Positions 26,406 to 38,900 of a stretch of 45,469 nucleotides of DNA are shown piece after piece. Below the pieces are notes generated by a model that was not told the origin of the DNA, did no database searches, and saw nothing but the letters and a program-made list of their open reading frames with translations. Each line of letters begins with the position of its first letter. Position 1 is the stretch's first letter. Origin of the DNA: Nemertoderma westbladi (taxonomy: Eukaryota > Animalia > Xenacoelomorpha); assembly GCA_032718475.1 (NCBI GenBank), contig JAUCBJ010005094.1, positions 1-45,469 of the forward strand. The letters are read 5' to 3'. A program made the translations under genes and the position numbers.

Positions 26406-27014
26406 AATGTCCTGATGTCATTATATACTCTACAGCCCTACCTAACTAAACAGCTAAATAAATAGGCCTATACTGACGAGAAAGATTGAGCTACCGTAGA
26501 TAGAGACACAGAAGGTAGCCAATACTACAATACAATCAATACATTAAAAATTACAGGGTTGGTCATAAAGAATAGCAGTAAACAGTAGGCTGGTAGGCTA
26601 AGGCAGTAAGGTAGGCCTATAGTAAGCCAGATTGAGGTTTTGGGAATTTCCGGTTTGGGGGGCACTGAAACGCTAAAAAACGCATGTGTCTAAAACACTT
26701 GTCTGGTGGGAAAACACTTTTTTAAAATATGAATTGCCGAATATTCGGCACAAATTGCAAATTACTACGGTCTGACGGTAGAAGCAACATCCTGACAACA
26801 GAACACAGGAACATGGCTGTAAGAAATTAAATATAACAGTACAGCAGTATAATTAATCTGATATATTACGGTATACTGGTATAGGATATACAGTGAGTAA
26901 GACAGTTTGCAACCATGGTTTGCCTTATTTTATATTATCTGACCCGAATAGGCCTATGTAACAAACTGACATATGATTAGGCTTAAAGCTAAACTGTTAG
27001 GCTAAGTAGGCCTA
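26406..27014 (-). promoter_or_regulatory. Probable VPS53 5' UTR and promoter region
   Basis: Unique sequence directly upstream of the ATG. It carries four TAGGCCTA palindromes (26463, 26612, 26949, 27007) and an ETS-like TTCCGG near 26648. The call is positional inference. Confidence 0.4.
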
Positions 27015-27966
27015 CCGAGTTCAAATCCCACTCGCTGACATACTTTTTGTAATGGCATTTTTAGTACTCAATCGGGACAAAATTGGAATTATAACCTTAA
27101 ATATCAGAATTTTACTACTGTATTAACAGTATAAAACGCGTAAATTAAAATATTTTTGGTCAAATTTCTTAAATTTTATTACACATGATAAAATAGCATC
27201 GAAGTAGAAAAGTTTTGCAATCCATTCACATACTCAAAGGTTATTGCAACTTTAGTTTAATGTTTAATATTTAATGTATAGAAAACTAATGCTTGTTGTA
27301 CCTGTACAAAGTAAATTAACAATTTAACTAAAAACTTTGGTATACAGTAGACAATTTACAAATACTAGATGAAGTTACAATAAGTACCTAAAACTGTTTA
27401 TGGGTAATAATTAAATGTTGATACTTAAATGGTGATACCGGTAATTACGAGTCTTGAGAACTGCACTAATTATTATTAATATCGATGTAAAAAAATAATA
27501 TACTGTATGTAAGTATTTTTAAAAAATATGAATAAAATAAAGTAGATCGTCAATCGTGATTAAAAACGCACTGGAACTGTAAATAAAATAAGGGAAATTG
27601 TGATTTAAAAGGAAGGGAGGATCGTTAGGGAAATACATACCATACAATAAATAAAAAATACTTTGTATTCAATTCATATTGTATAAACTAAAAAAATAAT
27701 AACAAATAAAATGAAAATTTAAAACCAGATAAAAAGTTAGATTAAAAATATTGAAATATGATAAAACAATGGTAATCAGTTATAGGTGGGCAGATTAAAA
27801 TAATTTGTGTTCATATTGTATAAACTAAAAAAATATAAATAAATAAAATACAAATGTAAAATTATTTAAAAGTATAATATAAAACAGAATTATGATGAAA
27901 CATTGTTAATAGGTGGCCGATAGAACAACGATAATGCAGTAATGAGTAAATGAGTTAGGCTATAGA

Positions 27967-28062
27967 CAGTCGAGGAGAAGTTTTCAACTGAGTTGAAATT
28001 TCAACTTTATTTTTTAAACTTTTGGAAAATTAAACTTTTTTTTTAAATTCAACTTTTGGAGT
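27967..28062. repeat. Copy of a short dispersed repeat that also occurs at about 1192-1278
   Basis: Both sites share CAGTCG...CAACTGAGTTGAAATTT...AACTTTATTTTTT...AAATTCAACTTTTGGAGT. Confidence 0.75.
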
Positions 28063-28472
28063 ACCGTAATTCGGGGTGACTTGATACATTGAGGTGACTT
28101 GATACAGCAAGTTATACTTTTTTTCTTTAACGGATTGCAGGTGATTGCGTGATGTTATGATAAAAGTTGAAATATTAGAAGATGTCTGAATAAATTGTCT
28201 ATCAAATAGTAAAATAAATTTTGTCATTGCTTCGCATTTGTGATCACTAGAGCCAAGAATGCATTGTTCAAAAATTCACTTTTTTTCAATGTCAAAATAT
28301 AGGTCGAATTTTTGACACTTTGGGTTAATGTTGTTCAAAAATTATTTTTAAGAATGCTAATAGATGAGTTTGAATATTATGATCCTAAAAAAAATTTACA
28401 AATTTTCATATGAATTGGGGGTGGAGTGCCCGTTTTTTGAAAGTGTGTCTCAAAATGGGGTGACTTGATACA
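28062..28472. mobile_element. Probable fragment of a pogo/Tc1-mariner-like MITE
   Basis: Begins TACCGTAATTCGGGGTGACTTGATACA, and GGTGACTTGATACA occurs three times (about 28074, 28093, 28459). No matching right TIR was found, so the family assignment is by resemblance. Confidence 0.35.
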
Positions 28473-28657
28473 TATATATGGTATATTGGAGGCTAAAATG
28501 TTCTGATACCTGTGACTACTGTGACTTAAACGTTGATTTTGCAAAATTTGTGCTTAAATTCATTGATTTAGTTTGCAGTTTTTTCTAAAATGTTTTGTAG
28601 ACAAGTGAGTCCAGTATCGCAATTATATATTGCATGGGATTGAGTATGTATCACCTT

Positions 28658-29400
28658 GGGGGGTCATACTTTTGTACCTGGGGGGGGTCTTACTTTTGTA
28701 CCTGGGGGTGGTCATACTTTTGTACCAGGGGGGGTCTTACTTTTGTACCTGGGGGTGGTCATACTTTTGTACCAGGGGGGGTCTTACTTTTGTACCTGGG
28801 GGTGGTCATACTTTTGTACCAGGGGGGACTTACTTTTGTACCTGGGGGTGGTCATACTTTTGTACCAGGGGGGTCTTACTTTTGTACCTGGAGGGGGTCA
28901 TACTTTTGTACCAGGGGGGTCTTACTTTTCTACCAGGGGGACTTACTTTTGTACCTGGGGGTCTTACACTACTTTTGTACCTGGGGTGTCTTACATTTGT
29001 ACCTGAGGGGGGAGGTCTTACTTTTGTACCTGGGGGGGGGGTCTTACTTTTGTACTTGAGAGGGGGGGGGGGTGGCTTACTTTTGTACCTGGAGGGGTCA
29101 TAGTTTTGTACCAGGGGGGTCTTACTTTTGTACCTGAGGGGTCATACTTTTGTACCTGGGAGGTCTTACTTTTGTACCTGGGATGGGTCTTACGTTTGTA
29201 CCTGGGGGTCTTACGTTTGTACCAGGTGGTCTTACTTTTGTATCTTGGGGGGGGGGGGGGTGGGGGTCTTACGTTTGTACCTGGGGGGTCTTAATTTTGT
29301 ACCTGGGGTGGGTATTACGTTTGTACCTGAGGGTCTTACGTTTGTACCAGGGGGGTCTTACTTTTGTACAAGGGCGGGAAAGAGGGGTCTTACATTTGTA
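28658..29400. repeat. G-run minisatellite, about 22-24-bp unit G(n)TCTTACTTTTGTACCT
   Basis: Visible tandem units with variable poly-G length. Confidence 0.93.
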
Positions 29401-29890
29401 GGGTCTTTGGTCTTAGGGTGTTGGGTCTTAGGTCTTTATTTTGTAGTCCCATAATATAACTACTGTAACTGCAATATTAATTAGTTTACATGTTCTTCAA
29501 TATATTATTGTGATGTGCAATGTTATAGAATTTATAACGATGCAATATTGAATATTTCTTTCAATTTTGGTATTATTTTTTTATACTGTAGTTTTGTTAT
29601 CGTTTTGTTTATTTCTCATATTTTTGTTTATTAAAGTTTATTTTGTCAATATATACTGTAGTACAGTACGTTATGCCGATTCATATTACCGATATACCGT
29701 AAATTTAGCTTTGAATTATTTTTTATTCCGGGCAAAATTTGTTAAATAAGTTCATTTTCGACAGCCATTCGTTTATTCAGTGTAAGTGGCTAAATAAAAT
29801 AAACACCGTTCGTTGCCATCTTTAAATTATTGGTGAGGTTTGATATATTACGGAGCTCCTAAAGGGACATGAGAAAATTTTTTTTTTTTG

Positions 29891-30290
29891 CTAACTCGTG
29901 CGAACGACTTAGTATGTCGTGCGAACGACTTACTAAGTCTTGCGAACGACTTAACTGGCACGACATACTAAAGTCGTGCGAACGACATACTAAGTCTTGC
30001 GAACGACTTAACTAACTCGTGCGAACGACATACTAAGTCGTGCGAACGACTTACTAAGTCGTGGGAATGACATATTATGTCGGGCGAACGACTTAACTAA
30101 CTCGTGCGAACGACATACTAAGTCGTGCGAACGACTTACTAAGTCGTACGAACGACATACTAAGTCGTGCGAACGACATACTAACTCGTGCGAACGACTT
30201 ACTAAGTCGTGGGAATGACATATTATGTCGGGCGAACGACTTAACTAACGCGTGCGAACGACTTAGTAACTCGTTCGAACGACTTACTAA
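29891..30290. repeat. 21-bp palindromic minisatellite (TCGTGCGAACGACTTACTAAG)n, about 19 units
   Basis: Visible tandem units with no unique spacers. It may be internal to a truncated DNA element starting near 29850. Confidence 0.9.
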
Positions 30291-30965
30291 CTTTACTTTG
30301 ATTGGCTAAATAATACTGGTAATAAAAGTACAACCTTTTTAGCGGGATTTTCAATTCAATCTACAGCATTTGTTGATGGCATTATTGGTTGAAATATTAT
30401 TATCAATGGCTGAACGCGCTCTAAGGGTATAACTTTTCGCCGCATACGTATGCATTTGCCGTATCCGTATGTACATACGCGTATGTGCGTATGTAATGGA
30501 TTCCTATGGAGAATAATCAAGTATATGATTTTAGAGATTAGGCATTGCGGATCAGTAAGAAGTACATACAGACTGAAGACAGGTAGACCTACTTAAAGCT
30601 AAGTGATTTAAAGAGTGTGGCTGCCGCTACCTTATGTCAAATAAACATATTGTAGGTCCGGGATGAGTGACAGCCGGTGGCCGCCAGCCACGGGATGCGC
30701 CAGCAGTGCAGTCTACTGTATTCCAGTTAACTCTTCTTGACGCCGCTTGGAGAACTAACCAACCGTGATTTATTTTGAACTGTGTTTCCACCAACCTGGC
30801 TATATAATCTTGTTGGTTGCTACAGTATATGGCACTAACATAGTATAGTATAGATACCTAGGGTAGTCAACCTACTCCCCCAGGCTTCGGAATGGAACTT
30901 TTCTACTCCGGATAGCATCGAGGTTTACATTGACGCATCTAACACGAAGTGGGGACTTCGCGCAG

Positions 30966-31415
30966 CACGAAGTTGGCAGAGCCTTAGCGAATTGACACTG
31001 TTAGGGGGTAGGTCAATTTATGCAAATAGTCACGTTGGCCCTCTAGCGGCAGACTGGAGAACTGCAGATGGATTCGCCTCCTTTGAAAGTCACAGCTAAT
31101 GGTCTAATACATATCTGCCAAGTTTCAGCTTAAACGGATTAAAAGCAAAGAAATGGGAGGGCATTTAATGTTTAGACATGTGGCCCTCTAGCGGGAGACC
31201 ATTGCACTGATGGTGTCTGAAAGTCTCTCAAAAATCTCAACTTTTGCTCATATTGATACCTACAAATTTTCAACTTGGCAGCTTTAAATCCGACAAAGTT
31301 ATTAGCATGTCAAAATCGTAACGACGACGACGACGACAACGACGACGACAACTATTTGCATAAATTGACCCACCCCCTAACAGTGTCAATTCGCTAAGGC
31401 TCCGCCAACTTCGTG
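30966..31415. mobile_element. Foldback/MITE-like element with 65-bp inverted arms and an internal (ACG)n tract
   Basis: 30966-31030 is the reverse complement of 31351-31415 with about 2 mismatches. (ACG)n lies at about 31321-31350. No TSD was identified. Confidence 0.75.
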
Positions 31416-31819
31416 GCTCGCCCCACAAGGCCTATACGGCTTGCATCTACACGGTTAAGGGGGGATTGCATACTGTTTTCTCACTTTCTTAACCTTCTTG
31501 CACCTTCACACTCTGTTTGCGGAAGATCCTGACTTTTTCAACAGTACAAGTTTTTATATTTTTAGCGGCATTTTTATCTGTAAATAGTATATCTGCAATT
31601 TCTGTGATATCTTTTAACTTCTAACTGATTCTAATGATATAATAGTTCCGGCAGTTCTCAACGATCTCAACTTGTTTTTCTCCTCAACTTCGCTTCCTAC
31701 ACAGTCCACTTCATCGAACTCTTAACGGGAGGTGTCTAATAGCCCTCTCACTTTGGTAAGACCCAATGGAACAGGTGTGATCCCCCCTCTCTGACTCTCA
31801 CAACTCTGTACCGTTCCTC

Positions 31820-32262
31820 ACATATATAGATCAACTTGAAGGGGATACTGGACTTGAGAGAAACGAAATTGCGAGCACAATGAAGAATCTATGTTATAGT
31901 ACATTATGATAATGCTCTCCATACAAGTACAGTACTTTACTGAGTGACTGTAAAAGGCCTATATATGATAGCTCACTCCATAGCGAATAAATCTTCTACC
32001 GCCCTGGTAGCTCAGTGGTCTTAGGACACACACTCGGCTGATGATAACCGGAAGTTTGAAACCTAGGTACCGGGTTCGAGCCCCAATAGGGGCGGTTGAT
32101 ATTTTTCGCTATGGAGAGCATTATCATAATGTACTACAATATATATTTATTCGCCGTCACCCACCCCACAACAATTCATTTATAACAATGAAGAATCGGG
32201 AAGCCTGGAAGGATCTCATTTCCACTGTCCGAGTTTGCTCGACCTAGTAGTAAGTAGTAGTA
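31820..32262 (+). mobile_element. 3' end of an RTE-like non-LTR retrotransposon, interrupted by an insertion
   Basis: Removing the insert and one TSD copy restores TYIDQLEGDTGLERNEIASTMKNREAWKDLISTVRVCST*, which resembles RTE-clade ORF C-termini. It is followed by a short tandem tail, TAGTAGTAAGTAGTAGTA. Confidence 0.7.
31890..32184 (+). mobile_element. 295-bp tRNA-derived SINE-like insertion with internal inverted repeats
   Basis: 13-bp TSD ACAATGAAGAATC (31877-31889 and 32185-32197). A-box TAGCTCAGTGG (32008-32018) and B-box GGTTCGAGCCC (32073-32083). 27-bp perfect inverted repeat at 31897-31923 and 32110-32136. Confidence 0.8.
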
Positions 32263-32936
32263 TATTGAAATAATTTAATAAATATACATTTAAAATTTCA
32301 TGAATGCTTTAACATGAAAACAAGGTACAAAAGAAACATGACATTGTAAATACTGTAGTAGAACAAATCAAATAATTGGTAACGTAAAGCTGGTATAACG
32401 TTTAAGATATATAGTGCAAAAATAATATTATAACAATATTATACAACTAAAAAATTGGTACAAAAAGCTTTCACGTAGAAATTATAACTTATTTATTTCA
32501 GGTGCAAAAACTTTGAGACGGCTGATCAATAATTGCAAACAACTAATTTGGTAGCGATTGCTGCTTGTTGATTGTTCTGGTTTTACATGCAGTAGGCCTA
32601 CTAATAAATAAATAAATACAATAATATACAATTACAGTATTGTTACTGGTATGTATTTGGTAACTGAAAACAAAGGTAAGCAAATGACAACAATTGCTGT
32701 CAGATTCTAAAGAGAACATGCAGGTAAATGTAATGTTTAGAACTTTCTGATATAAAATCTGATATTACTACAATTATTGCGATTCTTTACTTAACTATTT
32801 TGCAGTGATCGTTTGATTTTCTAATAACTTAAATTGCAAAATGCAATGCAAAAGGCACTTTACTTTATAAGTACCGGATAAGATTTTATATGCCAACAAA
32901 CTGCACTTTATGGTGTAAATTGTATGATCACACCTA

Positions 32937-35900
32937 CTCCTGGAACAATGCGAGTAGTTCAATCACTAATGGAACAATGCAAGTAGTTCAATCACTCCTG
33001 GATCAATGGGAGTAGTTCAATCACTCCTGGATCAATGGGAGTAGTTCAATCACTAATGGAACAATGCGAGCAGTTCAATCACTCCTGGAACAATGCGAGT
33101 AGTTCAATCACTAATGGAACAATGCGAGCAGTTCAATCACTCCTGGATCAATGGGAGTAGTTCAATCACTCCTGGAACAATGGGAGTTGTTCAATCACTA
33201 ATGGAACAATGCAAGTAGTTCAATCACTCCTGGATCAATGGGAGTAGTTCAATCACTCTTGGATCAATGGGAGTAGTTCAATCACTAATGGAACAATGGG
33301 AGTAGATCAATCACTCCTGGATCAATGGGAGTAGTTCAATCACTCCTGGATCAATGGGAGTAGTTCAATCACTCCTGGATCAGTGGGAGTAGTTCAATTA
33401 CTCCTGGATCAGTGGGAGTAGTTCAATCACTCCTGGATCAATGGGAGTAGTTCAATTACTCCTGGAACAATGCGAGCAGTTCAATCACTCCTGGATCAAT
33501 GGGAGTAGTTCAATCACTAATGGAACAATGCGAGCAGTTCAATCACTCCTGGAACAATGGGAGCAGTTCAATCACTCCTGGATCAATGGGAGTAGTTCAA
33601 TCACTCCTGGAACAATGCAAGTAGTTCAATCACTCCTGGAACAATGCAAGCAGTTCAATCACTCCTGGATCAATGGGAGTAGTTCAATCACTCCTGGATC
33701 AATGGGAGTAGTTCAATCACTAATGGAACAATGCGAGCAGTTCAATCACTCCTGGATCAATGGGAGTAGTTCAATCACTCCTGGAACAATGCAAGTAGTT
33801 CAATCACTAATGGAACAATGCGAGCAGTTCAATCACTCCTGGATCAATGGGAGTAGTTCAATCACTCCTGGAACAATGCAAGTAGTTCAATCACTAATGG
33901 AACAATGCGAGCAGTTCAATCACTCCTGGATCAATGGGAGCAGTTCAATCACTCCTGGATCAATGGGAGTAGTTCAATCACTCCTGGAACAATGCAAGTA
34001 GTTCAATCACTCCTGGAACAATGCAAGCAGTTCAATCACTCCTGGATCAATGGGAGTAGTTCAATCACTCCTGGATCAATGGGAGTAGTTCAATCACTAA
34101 TGGAACAATGCGAGCAGTTCAATCACTCCTGGATCAATGGGAGTAGTTCAATCACTCCTGGAACAATGCAAGTAGTTCAATCACTCCTGGATCAATGGGA
34201 GTAGTTCAATCACTCCTGGATCAATGGGAGTAGTTCAATCACTAATGGAACAATGCAAGTAGTTCAATCACTAATGGAACAATGCGAGCAGTTCAATCAC
34301 TCCTGGATCAATGGGAGTTGTTCAATCACTAATGGAACAATGCAAGTAGTTCAATCACTCCTGGATCAATGGGAGTAGTTCAATCACTCCTGGATCAATG
34401 GGAGTAGTTCAATCACTCCTGGAACAATGCAAGTAGTTCAATCACTCCTGGATCAATGGGAGTAGTTCAATCACTCTTGGATCAATGGGAGTAGTACAAT
34501 TACTCCTGGAACAATGGGAGTAGTTCAATCACTCCTGGATCAGTGGGAGTAGTTCAATCACTCCTGGAACAATGCGAGTAGTTCAATCACTCCTGGAACA
34601 ATGCAAGCAGTTCAATCACTCCTGGATCAATGGGAGTAGTTCAATCACTCCTGGATCAGTGGGAGTAGTTCAATCACTCCTGGAACAATGCGAGTAGTTC
34701 AATCACTAATGGATCAATGCGAGCAGTTCAATCACTCCTGGAACAATGCGAGTAGTTCAATCACTCCTGGATCAATGGGAGTAGTTCAATCACTCCTGGA
34801 TCAATGGGAGTAGTTCAATCACTAATGGAACAATGCGAGCAGTTCAATCACTAATGGATCAATGCGAGTAGTTCAATCACTAATGGAACAATGCAAGTAG
34901 TTCAATCACTCCTGGATCAATGGGAGTAGTTCAATCACTAATGGAACAATGCAAGTAGTTCAATCACTCCTGGAACAATGCAAGCAGTTCAATCACTCCT
35001 GGATCAATGGGAGTAGTTCAATCACTCTTGGATCAATGGGAGTAGTTCAATCACTCCTGGAACAATGGGAGCAGTTCAATCACTCCTGGATCAATGGGAG
35101 TAGTTCAATCACTCCTGGATCAATGCGAGTAGTTCAATTACTCCTGGATCAATGGGAGTAGTTCAATCACTCCTGGAACAATGCAAGTAGTTCAATCACT
35201 AATGGAACAATGCAAGTAGTTCAATCACTAATGGAACAATGCGAGCAGTTCAATCACTCTTGGATCAATGGGAGTAGTTCAATTACTCCTGGAACAATGG
35301 GAGCAGTTCAATCACTCCTGGATCAATGGGAGTAGTTCAATCACTCCTGGAACAATGCAAGTAGTTCAATCACTAATGGAACAATGCAAGTAGTTCAATC
35401 ACTAATGGAACAATGCGAGCAGTTCAATCACTCCTGGATCAATGGGAGTTGTTCAATCACTAATGGAACAATGCAAGTAGTTCAATCACTCCTGGAACAA
35501 TGTAAGCAGTTCAATCACTCCTGGATCAATGGGAGTAGTTCAATCACTCTTGGATCAATGGGAGTAGTTCAATCACTCTGGAACAATGCAAGCAGTTCAA
35601 TCACTCTTGGATCAATGGGAGTAGTTCAATCACTCTTGGATCAATGGGAGTAGTTCAATCACTCCTGGATCAGTGGGAGTAGTTCAATCACTCCTGGAAC
35701 AATGCAAGTAGTTCAATCACTAATGGAACAATGCTAGCAGTTCAATCACTCCTGGAACAATGCGAGTAGTTCAATCACTAATGGAACAATGCGAGCAGTT
35801 CAATCACACCTGGATCAATGGGAGTAGTTCAATCACTCCTGGAACAATGCAAGTAGTTCAATCACTAATGGAACAATGCGAGCAGTTCAATCACTCCTGG

Positions 35901-38900
35901 AACAATGCGAGTAGTTCAATCACTAATGGAACAATGCGAGCAGTTCAATCACTCCTGGAACAATGCGAGTAGTTCAATCACTAATGGAACAATGCGAGCA
36001 GTTCAATCACTCCTGGATCAATGGGAGTAGTTCAATCACTCCTGGAACAATGCAAGTAGTTCAATCACTAATGGAACAATGCGAGCAGTTCAATCACTAA
36101 TGGAACAATGCGAGCAGTTCAATCACTCCTGGATCAATGGGAGTAGTTCAATCACTCCTGGAACAATGCAAGTAGTTCAATCACTAATGGAACAATGCGA
36201 GCAGTTCAATCACTCCTGGATCAATGGGAGTAGTTCAATCACTCCTGGAACAATGCAAGTAGTTCAATCACTAATGGAACAATGCGAGCAGTTCAATCAC
36301 TAATGGAACAATGCGAGCAGTTCAATCACTCCTGGATCAATGGGAGTAGTTCAATCACTCCTGGAACAATGCAAGTAGTTCAATCACTAATGGAACAATG
36401 CGAGCAGTTCAATCACTCCTGGAACAATGCGAGTAGTTCAATCACTAATGGAACAATGCGAGCAGTTCAATCACTCCTGGATCAATGGGAGTAGTTCAAT
36501 CACTCCTGGAACAATGCAAGTAGTTCAATCACTCCTGGAACAATGCGAGCAGTTCAATCACTCCTGGATCAATGGGAGTAGTTCAATCACTCCTGGAACA
36601 ATGCAAGTAGTTCAATCACTAATGGAACAATGCGAGCAGTTCAATCACTCCTGGATCAATGGGAGTAGTTCAATCACTCCTGGATCAATGGGAGTAGTTC
36701 AATCACTCCTGGATCAATGGGAGTAGTTCAATCACTAATGGAACAATGCAAGTAGTTCAATCACTCCTGGATCAATGGGAGTAGTTCAATCACTCCTGGA
36801 TCAATGGGAGTAGTTCAATCACTCCTGGATCAATGGGAGTAGTTCAATCACTAATGGAACAATGCAAGTAGTTCAATCACTCCTGGATCAATGGGAGTAG
36901 TTCAATCACTCCTGGAACAATGCAAGTAGTTCAATCACTAATGGAACAATGCGAGCAGTTCAATCACTCCTGGATCAATGGGAGTAGTTCAATCACTCCT
37001 GGATCAATGGGAGTAGTTCAATCACTCCTGGATCAATGGGAGTAGTTCAATCACTCCTGGATCAATGGGAGTAGTTCAATCACTCCTGGATCAATGGGAG
37101 TAGTTCAATCACTAATGGAACAATGCGAGCAGTTCAATCACTCCTGGATCAATGGGAGTAGTTCAATCACTCCTGGATCAATGGGAGTAGTTCAATCACT
37201 CCTGGATCAATGGGAGTAGTTCAATCACTAATGGAACAATGCAAGTAGTTCAATCACTCCTGGATCAATGGGAGTAGTTCAATCACTCCTGGATCAATGG
37301 GAGTAGTTCAATCACTCCTGGATCAATGGGAGTAGTTCAATCACTAATGGAACAATGCAAGTAGTTCAATCACTCCTGGATCAATGGGAGTAGTTCAATC
37401 ACTCCTGGATCAATGGGAGTAGTTCAATCACTCCTGGATCAATGGGAGTAGTTCAATCACTAATGGAACAATGCAAGTAGTTCAATCACTCCTGGATCAA
37501 TGGGAGTAGTTCAATCACTCCTGGAACAATGCAAGTAGTTCAATCACTAATGGAACAATGCGAGCAGTTCAATCACTAATGGAACAATGCGAGCAGTTCA
37601 ATCACTCCTGGATCAATGGGAGTAGTTCAATCACTCCTGGAACAATGCAAGTAGTTCAATCACTAATGGAACAATGCGAGCAGTTCAATCACTCCTGGAA
37701 CAATGCGAGTAGTTCAATCACTAATGGAACAATGCGAGCAGTTCAATCACTCCTGGATCAATGGGAGTAGTTCAATCACTCCTGGAACAATGCAAGTAGT
37801 TCAATCACTCCTGGAACAATGCGAGCAGTTCAATCACTCCTGGATCAATGGGAGTAGTTCAATCACTCCTGGATCAATGGGAGTAGTTCAATCACTCCTG
37901 GATCAATGGGAGTAGTTCAATCACTAATGGAACAATGCAAGTAGTTCAATCACTCCTGGATCAATGGGAGTAGTTCAATCACTCCTGGATCAATGGGAGT
38001 AGTTCAATCACTAATGGAACAATGCAAGTAGTTCAATCACTCCTGGATCAATGGGAGTAGTTCAATCACTCCTGGATCAATGGGAGTAGTTCAATCACTC
38101 CTGGATCAATGGGAGTAGTTCAATCACTAATGGAACAATGCAAGTAGTTCAATCACTCCTGGATCAATGGGAGTAGTTCAATCACTCCTGGAACAATGCA
38201 AGTAGTTCAATCACTAATGGAACAATGCGAGCAGTTCAATCACTCCTGGATCAATGGGAGTAGTTCAATCACTCCTGGATCAATGGGAGTAGTTCAATCA
38301 CTCCTGGATCAATGGGAGTAGTTCAATCACTCCTGGATCAATGGGAGTAGTTCAATCACTCCTGGATCAATGGGAGTAGTTCAATCACTAATGGAACAAT
38401 GCGAGCAGTTCAATCACTCCTGGATCAATGGGAGTAGTTCAATCACTCCTGGATCAATGGGAGTAGTTCAATCACTCCTGGATCAATGGGAGTAGTTCAA
38501 TCACTAATGGAACAATGCAAGTAGTTCAATCACTCCTGGATCAATGGGAGTAGTTCAATCACTCCTGGATCAATGGGAGTAGTTCAATCACTCCTGGATC
38601 AATGGGAGTAGTTCAATCACTAATGGAACAATGCAAGTAGTTCAATCACTCCTGGATCAATGGGAGTAGTTCAATCACTCCTGGATCAATGGGAGTAGTT
38701 CAATCACTCCTGGATCAATGGGAGTAGTTCAATCACTAATGGAACAATGCAAGTAGTTCAATCACTCCTGGATCAATGGGAGTAGTTCAATCACTCCTGG
38801 AACAATGCAAGTAGTTCAATCACTAATGGAACAATGCGAGCAGTTCAATCACTAATGGAACAATGCGAGCAGTTCAATCACTCCTGGATCAATGGGAGTA

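Noticed and set aside
27015-27048. B-box-like GAGTTCAAATCCC followed by a T run
   Set aside because: No convincing A-box or cloverleaf upstream.
28630-29454. GGLTFVP / GSYFCT ORFs
   Set aside because: Translations of the G-run minisatellite, open in all three frames.
29891-30290. CRISPR-like palindromic repeats (also considered for the 29-bp array)
   Set aside because: No unique spacers, no cas genes, and the context is eukaryotic.
32001-32094. Functional tRNA gene
   Set aside because: The anticodon arm and A/B-box spacing are irregular, the acceptor stem is mismatched, and it lies inside a TSD-flanked insertion.
32502-32553. Possible plus-strand exon after TTATTTCAG (GAKTLRRLINNCKQLIW*)
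   Set aside because: It is short with no homology cue, and acceptor-like sites are common in AT-rich DNA.
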